A stretch of DNA of 64,000 nucleotides from Octopus bimaculoides (lineage: Eukaryota): contig NC_068984.1 in the NCBI RefSeq assembly GCF_001194135.2, positions 16,785,168 through 16,849,167 of the forward strand, written 5' to 3'. The position numbers and the translations under genes were made by a program. Each line of letters starts with the position of its first letter. Position 1 is the first letter of the stretch. This document shows, piece by piece, positions 39,801 through 48,500 of the stretch. The notes beneath the pieces are model-generated. The model saw nothing but the letters and a program-made list of their open reading frames with translations, had not been told where the DNA came from and did not search any database.

Positions 39801-42800
39801 AATTGTTGCTAGAAGTAATTTACTCCTTAAAGGAAGGTAACTCCATAGAGAGGGACGTAACTCAAGATAAAATTGGTTAGTTGATAGATAAATAGCTTTT
39901 GATAAAATGACTGAGTACTGGGCCAATATGATTGACTAAACTCTTTAAAAGCAGTATTCTAATGTGGCTGCAATCCAGAGGAAGCATCCAACAAAAGAAT
40001 TCAACCAGTAAAAGAAGAAATGTCTCCATGTATGATTGCAGTTTATGGAAAGATTATTGCCGTAATTGTTAGATAAACGCTAAACTTGAAATAATTTCTT
40101 CAGATTAAGTGGTTAGAAAAATCATCAGAAATCAATATATCAGATCATGAAATCAGGTAGCATCAATCAATCAATCAATTTTTTTTTTGTTTTTCTATAT
40201 TTATTGATCTCTTCAGGCTGGTGGATGGCAGAAACATTAGATATCAATAAAAATACAATGTAGCATTTTCTTATCCCTCTGTTCAGTAGTAGGAGAGTCA
40301 ATGTACAAGTTTCTCAGTTTGTCAGTGTCAGTTACATGATATATACGAGTTCAAGTTACTGTCAAGGTAGACATTTCAAGGTCATTGTCTTGTGGAACTT
40401 TCAGCAATAGCACAATAGACAAGGATAATAAGATGCAGAATATCGCCACAACATAATAGTGACGACAAGAATATTACAGTGCCAACAGCAATATACAAGT
40501 GGACAAGGATCCGCATTATAACCCTCTAAATGAAGATTTAGTACTCAGCTTCTGGAAGTCGACAAAATACTCTTCAATTACACATAACTCCTGCTTCTTA
40601 TACAGTATCTATTTAGAGTAATCCAAGCCAGTAAATAAAATCTAGAATCCAATGAAATTGGTGATAGTCTGTGAGAACCAAACATTTTGGTCTCCTAGCC
40701 TTAGTCTGAAAGCATGAAGAGAAGGAAAGAAAAAGTGTTGTTGTCACTTGGAATAGCAACAAGTGACGGCTTAAGTCTTATTGACTTATAATAGAATCAA
40801 TAAACTAGATTTGAACAAGATGGGAGTTATAAATTAAAATCTAAAGCTAACTTTTAAAGAACACTTTTTGGTTTTCATGAACCTAAGTAATTCTTGATAT
40901 TTTATTTTACAGGAAAATCATATTTATTTTACAAATTGGCTGTCATTCTCAGACAGAAGAATGCAATATTAACTTGCAAAATAAAACTCACTTCCGTGGA
41001 GTTCTTTTACAATACAGCATTAACAAGGTAAATTATTCAGCAACTTCTTTGTCAATGTGGATTATCTATTGTCTTTTGTATTCTTTCGCAATATTGTCTT
41101 ACAGCAACAAGAGACAAATGGCAGAACCAATTTACAATGGATAGATTGTTTATGGAATTGTGTGATGTTCATTGCATTCTGGGCACATTAGAGTTGTTTA
41201 ATAATAATGTTTCTTTTATTTATTACACCAGCAGAAACACCACCCTCTGGGCAATTGTCTACAAATGTATGTCCTGTTTGCTTGTGTGAAACTGTTGTGA
41301 TGTGCATATCTATAAAACTTGATATGAAAGGTTTTTAAGTAATTTTGATATGATAGATATAGTAAAAGAATTTTCACAAATATTCTCAATGTATCTCAAA
41401 CAAAAACTTTGTAATTGCTTAGTTTTAATGAAAACGATTGAATAAAATGGAGAGAGTGAAAGTGATTGAATAAAATGGAGAGGGGTAGAGAGAGAGAGAG
41501 AAAAAAAGGGACAATGTTGAAAGGAAAGAAAGCGAAAGTAACAGGGTGCAGGTGAAAGAAAGTATTAACTGAAATAAGAAGGGATTCAATGAGAGAGAAA
41601 AAAGATAAAAGGCCAAAGGATGAAAGGCATTGAAAAAATGATGAGAATAAGAGTGAGAGAGAAAAAGTTATAAGGATATAGAAATAGAAGGGCTAATATG
41701 AATAGAGTTGGTAAATAAAGAAGAGATGGAAAGATATAAAGAAACAAACAGCTCTGCAATGAAACAGTAGAAAAAGAGGGATATAAATGTAAGATGCTAA
41801 AAAACGTGTTGCAGTGAATAAAAATTAGTTTTCTGATTAACTTGCAATCAGAATCTTGAAAGATACTTGAAAATCAATTATTAAAAAATTAAAATAAAAT
41901 AAAATAAAATAAAATTGAAATTTATAAGAATTTTCTAGACCATGTAGATTTTAATAATTGCTTTATTTTCAGAAGTTTCATACAAACAGCTTTCTTTATT
42001 GTTATATGCATAGATAGATAAACATCATTGACATAAAAGATTACAATAATAAATGCTGTGGAATATATAAATGTAAGTTGGTGTGTGTGTATGCTTGTGC
42101 ATCACATCATTGTTTTAACATCTCATGTTTCATATTTGCATGAATCAGGTGAGAGTAATCTGGAGCAGTTTTCTACAGCTGAATGCATTTTCTGATGCCA
42201 ACTCACCCAAGTCTAGAGAACAATAAACAACCTAGACATGGATTATTCCAATTGTGTCAACTCATTTGCAAAGCTCAATAGGCATATCTGCGTGATCACG
42301 AACTTTACTTCCCAATCATATGGCTTCAGATTCAATACCACTGCCCACCACCTTGGGCAACTATCTTCTAATACTGCCCAGGCTGACTAAAAGCCTTGAG
42401 TGGATTTGGTTGATGGAAACTGAAAGAAGCCTATCACACATACACATATTCTTTTATTCTTTTACTTGTTTCAGTCATTTGACTGCAGCCATACTTGAGC
42501 ATCACCTTTAGTCAAGAAAACTGACCCCAGAACTTATTCTTTGTAAGCCTAGTACTTATTCTATCAATCTCTTTTGCCGAACTGCTAAGTTACAGACAAA
42601 TATACACACAAGCATACATGCACATACATATATATACAATGGGCTTCTTTCAGTTTCCATCTGCCAAATCTACTCACAAGGCTTTGGTCGACCTGAGGCT
42701 ATAGTAGAAGACACTGGCTCTTGTGCGGGTGACACATGAGGTTTTTTGAGCGAGATGAGCGTGGCCGTTGCCAGTACCGCCTGACTGGCCTTCGTGCGGG

Positions 42801-43809
42801 TGACACGTANNNNNNNNNNNNNNNNNNNNNNNNNNNNNNNNNNNNNNNNNNNNNNNNNNNNNNNNNNNNNNNNNNNNNNNNNNNNNNNNNNNNNNNNNNN
42901 NNNNNNNNNNNNNNNNNNNNNNNNNNNNNNNNNNNNNNNNNNNNNNNNNNNNNNNNNNNNNNNNNNNNNNNNNNNNNNNNNNNNNNNNNNNNNNNNNNNN
43001 NNNNNNNNNNNNNNNNNNNNNNNNNNNNNNNNNNNNNNNNNNNNNNNNNNNNNNNNNNNNNNNNNNNNNNNNNNNNNNNNNNNNNNNNNNNNNNNNNNNN
43101 NNNNNNNNNNNNNNNNNNNNNNNNNNNNNNNNNNNNNNNNNNNNNNNNNNNNNNNNNNNNNNNNNNNNNNNNNNNNNNNNNNNNNNNNNNNNNNNNNNNN
43201 NNNNNNNNNNNNNNNNNNNNNNNNNNNNNNNNNNNNNNNNNNNNNNNNNNNNNNNNNNNNNNNNNNNNNNNNNNNNNNNNNNNNNNNNNNNNNNNNNNNN
43301 NNNNNNNNNNNNNNNNNNNNNNNNNNNNNNNNNNNNNNNNNNNNNNNNNNNNNNNNNNNNNNNNNNNNNNNNNNNNNNNNNNNNNNNNNNNNNNNNNNNN
43401 NNNNNNNNNNNNNNNNNNNNNNNNNNNNNNNNNNNNNNNNNNNNNNNNNNNNNNNNNNNNNNNNNNNNNNNNNNNNNNNNNNNCCACCTTTAGTTGAGCA
43501 AATCGACCCCAGGACTTATTCTTTGGAAGCCTAGTACTTATTCTATCGGTCTCTTTTGCCGAACCGCTAAGTTTCAGGGACGTAAACACACCACCATCGG
43601 TTGTCAAGCGATGTTGGGGGGACAAACACAAACACACATATATATATGACGGGCTTCTTTCAGTTTCCGTCTACCAAATCCACTCACAAGGCTTTGGTCG
43701 GCCCGAGGCTATAGTAGAAGACACTTGCCCAAGGTGCCACGCAGTGGGACTGAACCCAGAACCATGTGGTTGGTAAGCAAGCTACTTACCACACAGCCAC
43801 TCCCGTGCC

Positions 43810-43858
<49 letters not shown>

Positions 43859-44681
43859 AATTCAAACTGTCAGAGTGAAATACATCTACAATCTTCTTTA
43901 TTGTGCTCATATTTTTGCAGGGTGTAGAATGGAAACTTCTGGCAAGACATGAACCCAGCGATTACTTGAACCCTAAGAGAGTTGCTTATGACATCCCAAG
44001 TAAAGTAGGGGTTCAATTTCGTTGGTGGCAGCCAGAACATGGTGGAAAGGGACACGACCAATGGGCCATTGACAATGTAGAAATATTAGCGTAAGTACTT
44101 ACACTTCAAATTTCCATTTTTGTTTGACATTGTTATTTTATATTCTTCCATCTTGCATAATTCAACTAACATCTCTTATTGGGTAATACAATAATCACTG
44201 TACTGTATCTCGTTTGGTTTCACATAAATTGTAATAAGATTAGATTGCCTTTCATTAATATATTTATTAATATATTTATATTAAGGTAATCAATTCAAGC
44301 TTATATGTCATAGGCAAAGATTAAGATGCTCTCAAACTTCTTATACTTTAACAGAGGGGAGTCTGAAAAAATGTATTACATCAAATTCATATTCATTTGC
44401 TCCAACAACTCTCCATGCAATACTTAATTCCTGTGATTAATTTCGTTTTGACACCAACCATTGTCTAATCATTTGTGTAATATCAATGGTGTTTAATGTA
44501 TTCATCTGCATTCTTTCTACCATACATTTATATTTGTTTCTTGCACAGCTGTGTACTCTTGTTTTTAGTCTTTTAATTGTTTCAAATCCTCTAATTCTTT
44601 TAAACTGATCCTTTCTTCTTTTTCTTTTCTCCTCCTTTCAGAGTAAAGAACAGAAAAAACCAACCCCATTTGAGTCGCTGA
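7454..44681 (+). CDS. RELN: Reelin orthologue, 5'-partial: 15 coding exons, about 1016 aa (repeat 6A second half to repeat 8B plus short C-terminal tail)
   Basis: join(7454-7622,17548-17688,18755-18935,19848-20041,25987-26526,27169-27376,27733-27908,28884-28990,31228-31622,32401-32642,33519-33676,37981-38197,40913-41027,43921-44090,44642-44681). All introns are GT-AG with compatible phases, giving one open frame (3053 nt minus 2 leading nt = 1017 codons including the stop). Recurrent Asp-box motifs (FSLDMGVTW, YSADGGISW, YSVNYGKNW, YSINGGIIW, YSINKGVEW), RFRW/RWWQ...WA(I/L)D motifs and three EGF modules, colinear with vertebrate Reelin repeats 6-8 as I recall them. Confidence 0.96.
7880..8066. 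mobile_element. hAT-like MITE inserted in a SINE
   Basis: 12-bp perfect inverted repeat TAGCATAGCTAG near the termini; 8-bp duplication GCTTCCAC/GCTTCCAT; interrupts a family A SINE. Confidence 0.6.
10677..11036 (+). mobile_element. 5'-truncated RTE LINE 3' end (second RTE lineage)
   Basis: [43 protein letters not shown]...; 11-bp duplication AGTATGAAACT (10666-10676) / AGTATGCAACT (11037-11047). Confidence 0.88.
12510..13067. mobile_element. About 560-bp non-coding interspersed element flanked by (TTA)n on both sides
   Basis: Non-AT-biased block with sharp ends between two ATT-repeat tracts; no terminal inverted repeats or protein motif recognised. Confidence 0.5.
13141..13358 (-). mobile_element. 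Family C element at a gap edge
   Basis: (CAT)n plus the reverse complement of the family C core. Confidence 0.9.
13359..13967. other. Assembly gap
   Basis: Run of N between a family C copy and (GA)n. Confidence 1.
15060..15501 (-). mobile_element. Old RTE LINE 3' fragment including the 3' tail
   Basis: MERNEGSM...LREKLRLRGI...RGRLRKT on the minus strand with stops; ends in ..TGCAAGTATGAAAAGACGGATGTAATGATAATG, which resembles the family C tail. Confidence 0.7.
15502..16270 (-). mobile_element. RTE LINE RT fragment with Cys/His finger, disrupted
   Basis: GRWSCSVCRKGVSRNSIRCTQCKQWMHKRC...VVDSLCYLSDQV...GWAKFKELLPLL; then KGRLYDACVRTAMLHDSEIWAV...RRLCWFGHVM with stops. Confidence 0.9.
16690..17140 (+). 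mobile_element. Family C element with about five tandem 60-65-nt 5' units
   Basis: Repeated GAG(C/T)GTG...TGCCAG...CTGGC...GTGGCACGT(A)n units, then the GGAAGGG(C/T)ATCC core and (GAT)n tail. Confidence 0.88.
17155..17496. mobile_element. hAT-type MITE
   Basis: Ends CTGTGGTTCTCAAAC...GTTCAGAACCATTG; ATCTATGT at 17143-17150 and 17497-17504; ends 51 nt before a Reelin exon. Confidence 0.6.
17548..17688 (+). CDS. RELN: Reelin exon (end of 6A, start of EGF)
   Basis: tgtccag|A TCC AAG...TGC AG|gtaag; SKSTRFRWIQHAPFNKQHHWALRVLYIGKRCPQLCSGHGNCIGHVC. Confidence 0.95.
18362..18581. mobile_element. piggyBac-like MITE
   Basis: TTAA|CCCTTTATCATT...AATGCTAAAGGG|TTAA; related copy at 32673-33181. Confidence 0.7.
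18755..18935 (+). CDS. RELN: Reelin exon (EGF end, 6B start)
   Basis: ttatag|A TGT GAT...ATT GGA|gtaag; CDSNWQEEDCHKPKNPLPTILKDSF...CTNLASGMAIHFIG. Confidence 0.94.
19848..20041 (+). CDS. RELN: Reelin exon (repeat 6B)
   Basis: ctttcag|GGC TGC...CCA AA|gtaag; [27 protein letters not shown]...RNQGVLVDYSADGGISW...YNQYKAP. Confidence 0.95.
21770..22001 (+). mobile_element. tRNA-headed SINE (family B)
   Basis: GGCGGCGAGCTGGCA...GAGTTCAAATTCC (B box)...GTCGACTTTGCCTTTCATCC...AATAAAGAAAT; 10-bp duplication AGAATTCATT. Confidence 0.88.
24997..25225 (+). mobile_element. SINE family B
   Basis: Full copy with 15-bp duplication AGAAAAATGAACATG (24982-24996 / 25226-25240). Confidence 0.9.
25987..26526 (+). 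CDS. RELN: Reelin exon (6B end, repeat 7A)
   Basis: ttttag|G TTC GTC...TCA AG|gtaag; FVNIKIPQGARKEGVRVRWWQPE...WALDDIVIGG...LQYSVNYGKNW...GWQRVIIPL. Confidence 0.96.
27169..27376 (+). CDS. RELN: Reelin exon (7A end, EGF)
   Basis: ctttgtag|T GCC ACA...CAA CCA|gtaaat; ATRFQWFQ...[38 protein letters not shown]. Confidence 0.94.
27733..27908 (+). CDS. RELN: Reelin exon (7B start)
   Basis: tttaaag|ACT CAG...GCT AT|gtagg; TQLKDTFNEPNINRSNWFLVQGA...GTALVFSGKGMRLAETWDLDLRDA. Confidence 0.93.
28884..28990 (+). CDS. RELN: Reelin exon (repeat 7B)
   Basis: taccag|A TTC ATA...GGT G|gtaag; FIMYTAIIGGTQKNGECAVPNSRSQSVILQYSING. Confidence 0.9.
29290..29700 (-). mobile_element. Degenerate RTE LINE 3' fragment
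   Basis: Minus strand LFNSTILPVLLYASEMWAITK...GHIVRLIDNR with several stops. Confidence 0.7.
31228..31622 (+). CDS. RELN: Reelin exon (7B end, 8A start)
   Basis: cttccag|GT ATC ATT TGG...TTT AAG|gtac; IIWDTIYTLDYQ...TRIRWWQP...WALDNVYIGGSEINPS...MLQFK. Confidence 0.95.
32401..32642 (+). CDS. RELN: Reelin exon (repeat 8A)
   Basis: tctccag|ATT GCT...TCA AG|gtaag; IAIGC...VHLEFRKNPSVGKWEHLLPICLP...WTRYTLKLPDKAHS. Confidence 0.93.
32832..33119. mobile_element. hAT-type MITE nested in a piggyBac-like MITE (32673-33181)
   Basis: CAGTGCTTCTCAAA...TTTGAGTAGCACTG; 8-bp duplication AGTTAGGA/AGTTAGAA. Confidence 0.8.
33519..33676 (+). CDS. RELN: Reelin exon (8A end, EGF)
   Basis: gtttcag|C TCC ACA...GTT G|gtcagt; STQIRWVQ...WALDEIYIGETCPDMCNGRGDCRKGRCFCEPGTV. 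Confidence 0.93.
33820..33915. repeat. (CT)n/(TA)n microsatellite with a 9-N gap at 33875-33883
   Basis: Read directly from the sequence. Confidence 0.95.
34449..34566. mobile_element. Small TTAA-flanked MITE inside a SINE
   Basis: TTAA|CCCTTTGAG...CTCAAGGGA|TTAA splitting the ...ATGTGAAAT / ATGTTTTGCT segment of a SINE. Confidence 0.55.
34710..35150 (+). mobile_element. tRNA-headed SINE (family A), full length
   Basis: GGAGTGGCTGTGTGGTAAG (A box)...GGTTCAGTCCC (B box), internal (TA)n(TG)n, tail ...GACTGAAACAAGTAAAAGAG. Other copies include 36760-37090 (+), 42460-42720 (-), 43484-43810 (-) and 49790-50110 (+). Confidence 0.88.
36010..36385 (-). mobile_element. tRNA-headed SINE (family D)
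   Basis: Minus-strand head GGAGGCGCAATGGCCCAGTGGTTAGGGCAGCGGACTCGCGG; partial copies at 5760-5875 (-) and 63930-64000 (+). Confidence 0.8.
37981..38197 (+). CDS. RELN: Reelin exon (8B start)
   Basis: ttttgcag|GT ACA ACT TGT...GGA GG|gtaagt; TTCAPD...[34 protein letters not shown]. Confidence 0.95.
38242..38985. mobile_element. Tigger/pogo-like MITE containing a family B SINE
   Basis: TA|CAGTAATCCCTCG...CAAGGGATTGCTG|TA. The SINE at about 38657-38893 (-) has a 16-bp duplication TATACAGTA(T/C)TGTTTC. Confidence 0.7.
40913..41027 (+). CDS. RELN: Reelin exon (repeat 8B)
   Basis: tttacag|G AAA ATC...AAC AAG|gtaaat; KIIFILQIGCHSQTEECN...GVLLQYSINK. Confidence 0.92.
42810..43483. other. Assembly gap
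   Basis: Run of N between family C and family A copies. Confidence 1.
43921..44090 (+). CDS. RELN: Reelin exon (8B end)
   Basis: ttttgcag|GGT GTA GAA TGG...TTA GC|gtaagt; GVEWKLLARHEP...FRWWQPEHGGKGHDQWAIDNVEIL. Confidence 0.95.
44642..44681 (+). CDS. RELN: Reelin terminal coding exon (C-terminal region AVKNRKNQPHLSR*)
   Basis: Long polypyrimidine tract and cag at 44610-44641, phase-2 compatible, basic residues, TGA at 44679-44681. It is short and has no strong homology, so it is less certain than the repeat exons. Confidence 0.7.
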
Positions 44682-44845
44682 AGAAAGAGATCCCATAAAA
44701 AAAATTTTAGCAGTTCTGCCAGTGACACAGGATGTTCTGAACCAAGAAAAGTCCCAAGTGTAAACTATAAAAGTAGGAAATCAATGACCCTTGATAAAAT
44801 ATTGTAAATAATCAAATATATAAAAAAAATTACTTTATACAAAAG

Positions 44846-44864
44846 TTTATTTCGTTTCTTTATT
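44846..44864 (-). terminator. Two AATAAA polyadenylation signals, candidate KIN17 3' end
   Basis: TTTATT on the plus strand at 44846-44851 and 44859-44864; these are the first canonical hexamers I found downstream of the KIN17 stop. Confidence 0.5.
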
Positions 44865-45302
44865 GTACCATGTCACCACTGTTGGAAAGAACAAAAAAAA
44901 AACTCTCCTATTTTGTTAGATCTCAGAGATGCTAACCAACATATTTGGGGATTGTTTCTCAATATAGTGAGAATAGATTGAGTCTTCCGCTGGAATTGAG
45001 CTTTAATTGTTCAGGTTTAAAATTGTTCAAATCCTTTAATGTTTTTGCAGTAATAGAAGAAAATGTCAAAGAATATGCCTCAATCTAAAAATGTTTAAAG
45101 ATTACATTATTTACACAGAGTAAAATACTCAGTCTTTTAATCTTTGATTATATAAAGTACTTTAATTTCCAACGGAATAGCTAATCTTAGAGATTAGGAT
45201 GGAAAAATAATTAGCACCAACTTCTGTAAGATCCAAGTAAAGTGCTGTACCCACACCATGTGGAATGTCTACTTGTACAGTCATTGCATTACACCATGAT
45301 TG

Positions 45303-45308
45303 AATAAA
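45303..45308 (+). terminator. AATAAA polyadenylation signal, candidate Reelin 3' end
   Basis: First canonical plus-strand AATAAA I found after the Reelin stop; weaker variants (CATAAA, TATAAA, GATAAA) occur earlier. Confidence 0.4.
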
Positions 45309-45481
45309 TTAAAGTTGGTGATGAAATCTAGCACAGCTAGATATGAAGATAAGGATTGTGGGAGCAGAATATCAATGCAAAATAATCAATTGAAATGAAA
45401 ATGACATTAGATGCAAAACCAGCCTGAGATTTGTAGATAAATTCATAGATGTATCATAATGATTATCTTCTTTAATTAGCT

Positions 45482-45553
45482 TCATGTTGGTTGATACAAT
45501 TTACTTATATCTTCATATTGCACACCTTCGAGTACTCTGCCTGCTAACGGACC
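45482..45553 (-). CDS. KIN: KIN17 exon 10 (terminal)
   Basis: gttgcag|GPLAGRVLEGVQYEDISKLYQPT* (TGA at 45484-45482). Confidence 0.95.
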   Translation of the reverse strand, partial: GPLAGRVLEGVQYEDISKLYQPT

Positions 45554-48500
45554 CTGCAACAGAAACAAAAATTTATGTGAAAATCATTGTCACTATAAAG
45601 AGTTTTAAAGAACAAAAGCAGGAGAATTAGTAGAAATGCTAGCCAGACACAAGTTGATTTATTTTATTTGATTCAGAACTACTGCTCTTCGAGCTGGGGT
45701 GAAAGAAGAAGCAATAAATCAACAGCTCTATAATATTGTTAATTCATTTGTCTATCCTTTGTCTTGAATCTAATTTTAATAAACCATTCAATCACAGGAA
45801 ATTTAAGATATTCTCGGTGTTAGTTAAAAACACATCCCAATTAATTCAGCCAAGCGAATTCATAACATTGCTCCAATGGTACACATAAAAAAAAAGTAAT
45901 GAATGCAAAATAACCATAAGATACAACTTATTTTTATCTTAGTAAATTGTAATTGAAATCTGAAAATATTTCAATTTATTACATAGTTTACGAAGGAGTA
46001 CCATCTTACTTTGAACCAATGAGGGAGTCTCTTAAGCCAGGGGCCAGCAACATGTGGACATGAGCAATTAAGGCATTCTCAGTCCATTTATAAACATTTT
46101 TCAAATTAATGTATTTGTGAGCCATTCAGTATTTGATGGGTTTTAGACAGCCTTTCGTGTTAAGTTCTGTTTACATAAACACTGCTTTTAATAGAAATAG
46201 GGAGGAGGAGACAGATACACATAGATATTTTAATATGTAAGATTATAATGTGATATACATGTGGCCCACTGACAAAAAGTAAACCATTACAAAAAGAAGT
46301 TATGGATTCCTGTTCTACATGGTCACTCAACCGATTAAAACTAATACTCAAATCTCCCTTAAATCACATTCTACCTTCTTGAAGATGATACCTTAGACAA
46401 GGACAGTCATAGCAAGAATGCCTTTATCAGTCTTCTTGACCTGCAGCTAAACAACAAAGATCTCACCTGTTTGATGGCAACAGTTGCACAAAATTTCTTT
46501 TCATTGATTGATTGTAAAACAGCATTTGTTCCACGATATGCACCATTTACTATTTTTACAGTTTTACCTGAAATAATTGCAGAAAAAAAAGAAATAAATA
46601 CATAAAACTTCTATGACAGTTGTGTGGAGGAGTATCATGAATGAAATATACATGATGGCTGAAAGAGTGAATCTGCAGAAGAAGAGAACTTTAGGTAAAC
46701 ATAAACCTGGACGACTAGAAGAAGTAGTAGGCCTCACAGATAGAAATACATACAAGGGAAGATACTCTTACAATAAACTAATCCAAATAATTCTGGGAGA
46801 CAAAATTAAAATAACCACCATAAGGTTTTGTGCTAGATTGCAAATCCATTTACCAATGACTGTACGGAAGGCAACCCATGCAAGAAAATTAGTATTTTTT
46901 TATTCTTTTATTTATTTCAATCATTTGACTGTGGCCATGCTGGAGCACTGCCTTAGAGGGTTTTAGTTAAAGTAATCAACCCCCAGGACTTATTTTTTGT
47001 AAGCTTAGTACTTATTCTATCAGGGGTCTTTTGCCAAACTGCCAAAACACAAGGACATAAAGACACGAGCATTGGTTATCAAGCAATGGCAGATAGACAG
47101 ACACACATAAATACATATATATATATTTATATATATGATGGGCTTCTTTCAGTTTCCATCTACCAAATCCACTCACAAGGCTTTAGTCGGCCCAAGGTTC
47201 TGCAGTTAACCCAAACCATGTGGTTGGGAAGCAGCTGATGGGATAAAAGCATCCCAGCACTTACACAAGAGAAGTAGATCAATTATTCTGATATAAAACT
47301 GACAGAGAATGGAAAGATTTTGTTTTTCTGTGTCTAGTGAGATAGTTACAGTTTATGTCTTTGCACAGAAAGTTCTGGAGAATAAAAGCTGGGGAGAGTG
47401 ATTTAAAGCAGTCCTGGTTTAGCGGATGTACACAAACACACACATGCAATATGAGTAACAAGAGAGGTGCTTGAGTGGAGAAGCAGAAGCTACAGTAGCA
47501 GAGTGGAGACATATATCTGTAGGCCAGAGGTTGGACTGTGCTGGTGAGTGACTTCATGTCAGTCGTCTTTAGGCGCAGTTTAATTATCCAATATTTGGGA
47601 GCATTACACTATTATGAGATGACAGCCTTCTCTAGTTTCAGTACTTATTCTAGCGGGCTCTTTTGCCAAACTGCCAAAACACAAGGACATAAAGACACGG
47701 GCATTGGTTATCAAGCAATGGCAGATAGACAGACACACATATATATATATTTATATATATGATGGTCTTCTTTCAGTTTCCATCTACCCAATCCACTCAC
47801 AAGGCTTTAGTCGGCCCAAGGTTATATGATCAGTCAACCTGCTAGAAATGGCAGCCAAATCTCTCAAATCATATTCTGACAGCTTAAAAAAAAGGAATGC
47901 ACTCCATGGTAAGTAGTAATGGTCATGGCTGGAAAACCTTTTGTTGTAGGTCAATTCAATCAAAGCTGGCCCAGTGAGGCTCAAAAACAACAAAAAGATA
48001 TTGAAGAGGATTAAATAAAAGATTATATTTTGTCACAGATTAGTCTCAGAAGAAGAAATGTTTAGGAAATCTGATTAAAGAGGAAACACATACCAAGAGC
48101 AGGAATCACAGTTTCAAGATGGCTCTGGTCAAGCCTCACTTTGTCTCCAGTATCCAACAGCTTCACAACAGCCATATATAAATTTTCAACTTGCTGTAAA
48201 TAAATACATACGATGAATTATTTGGTAAGAATCTCATTCAATCAAATATGAGGTTAATTCTTTTTTCTTTTTTGCAGCCATGCTGGAGCACTGCCTCAAA
48301 GCAGTTTTAGTCAAATGAACCAACCCCAGTACTATTTTTAAAGCCTGATACTTGCTCTAAGTGTCTTTTGCTGAACCACTAAATTACAGGGGATGTAAAC
48401 AAACCAACACCTGTTAGTAAGTGGTACAATGGGACACACACATGTATGCATCGTTTAACATCCGTTTTTCATGCTGGCATGGGTTAGACAGTTCGACTGG

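Noticed and set aside
40497-40529. KWTRIRIITL peptide resembling the Reelin WTRITL motif as an extra exon
   Set aside because: The frame is bounded by stops, there is no suitable splice pair, and the neighbouring exons already join in frame without a gap
41425-41830. Purine-rich tract with a Phe/Leu/Ser-rich minus-strand ORF
   Set aside because: Decayed (GA)n low-complexity sequence
44088-44094. Intron read-through stop (GCG TAA) as a tail-less Reelin isoform like the mammalian one
   Set aside because: It is automatic for any phase-2 GTAAG donor, and I found no AATAAA in the 551-nt intron
46160-46290. SGPHVYH... segment as the last KIN17 exon
   Set aside because: Wrong phase after exon 9 and no homology; 45553-45482 gives the conserved GPLxGR...YEDISKL
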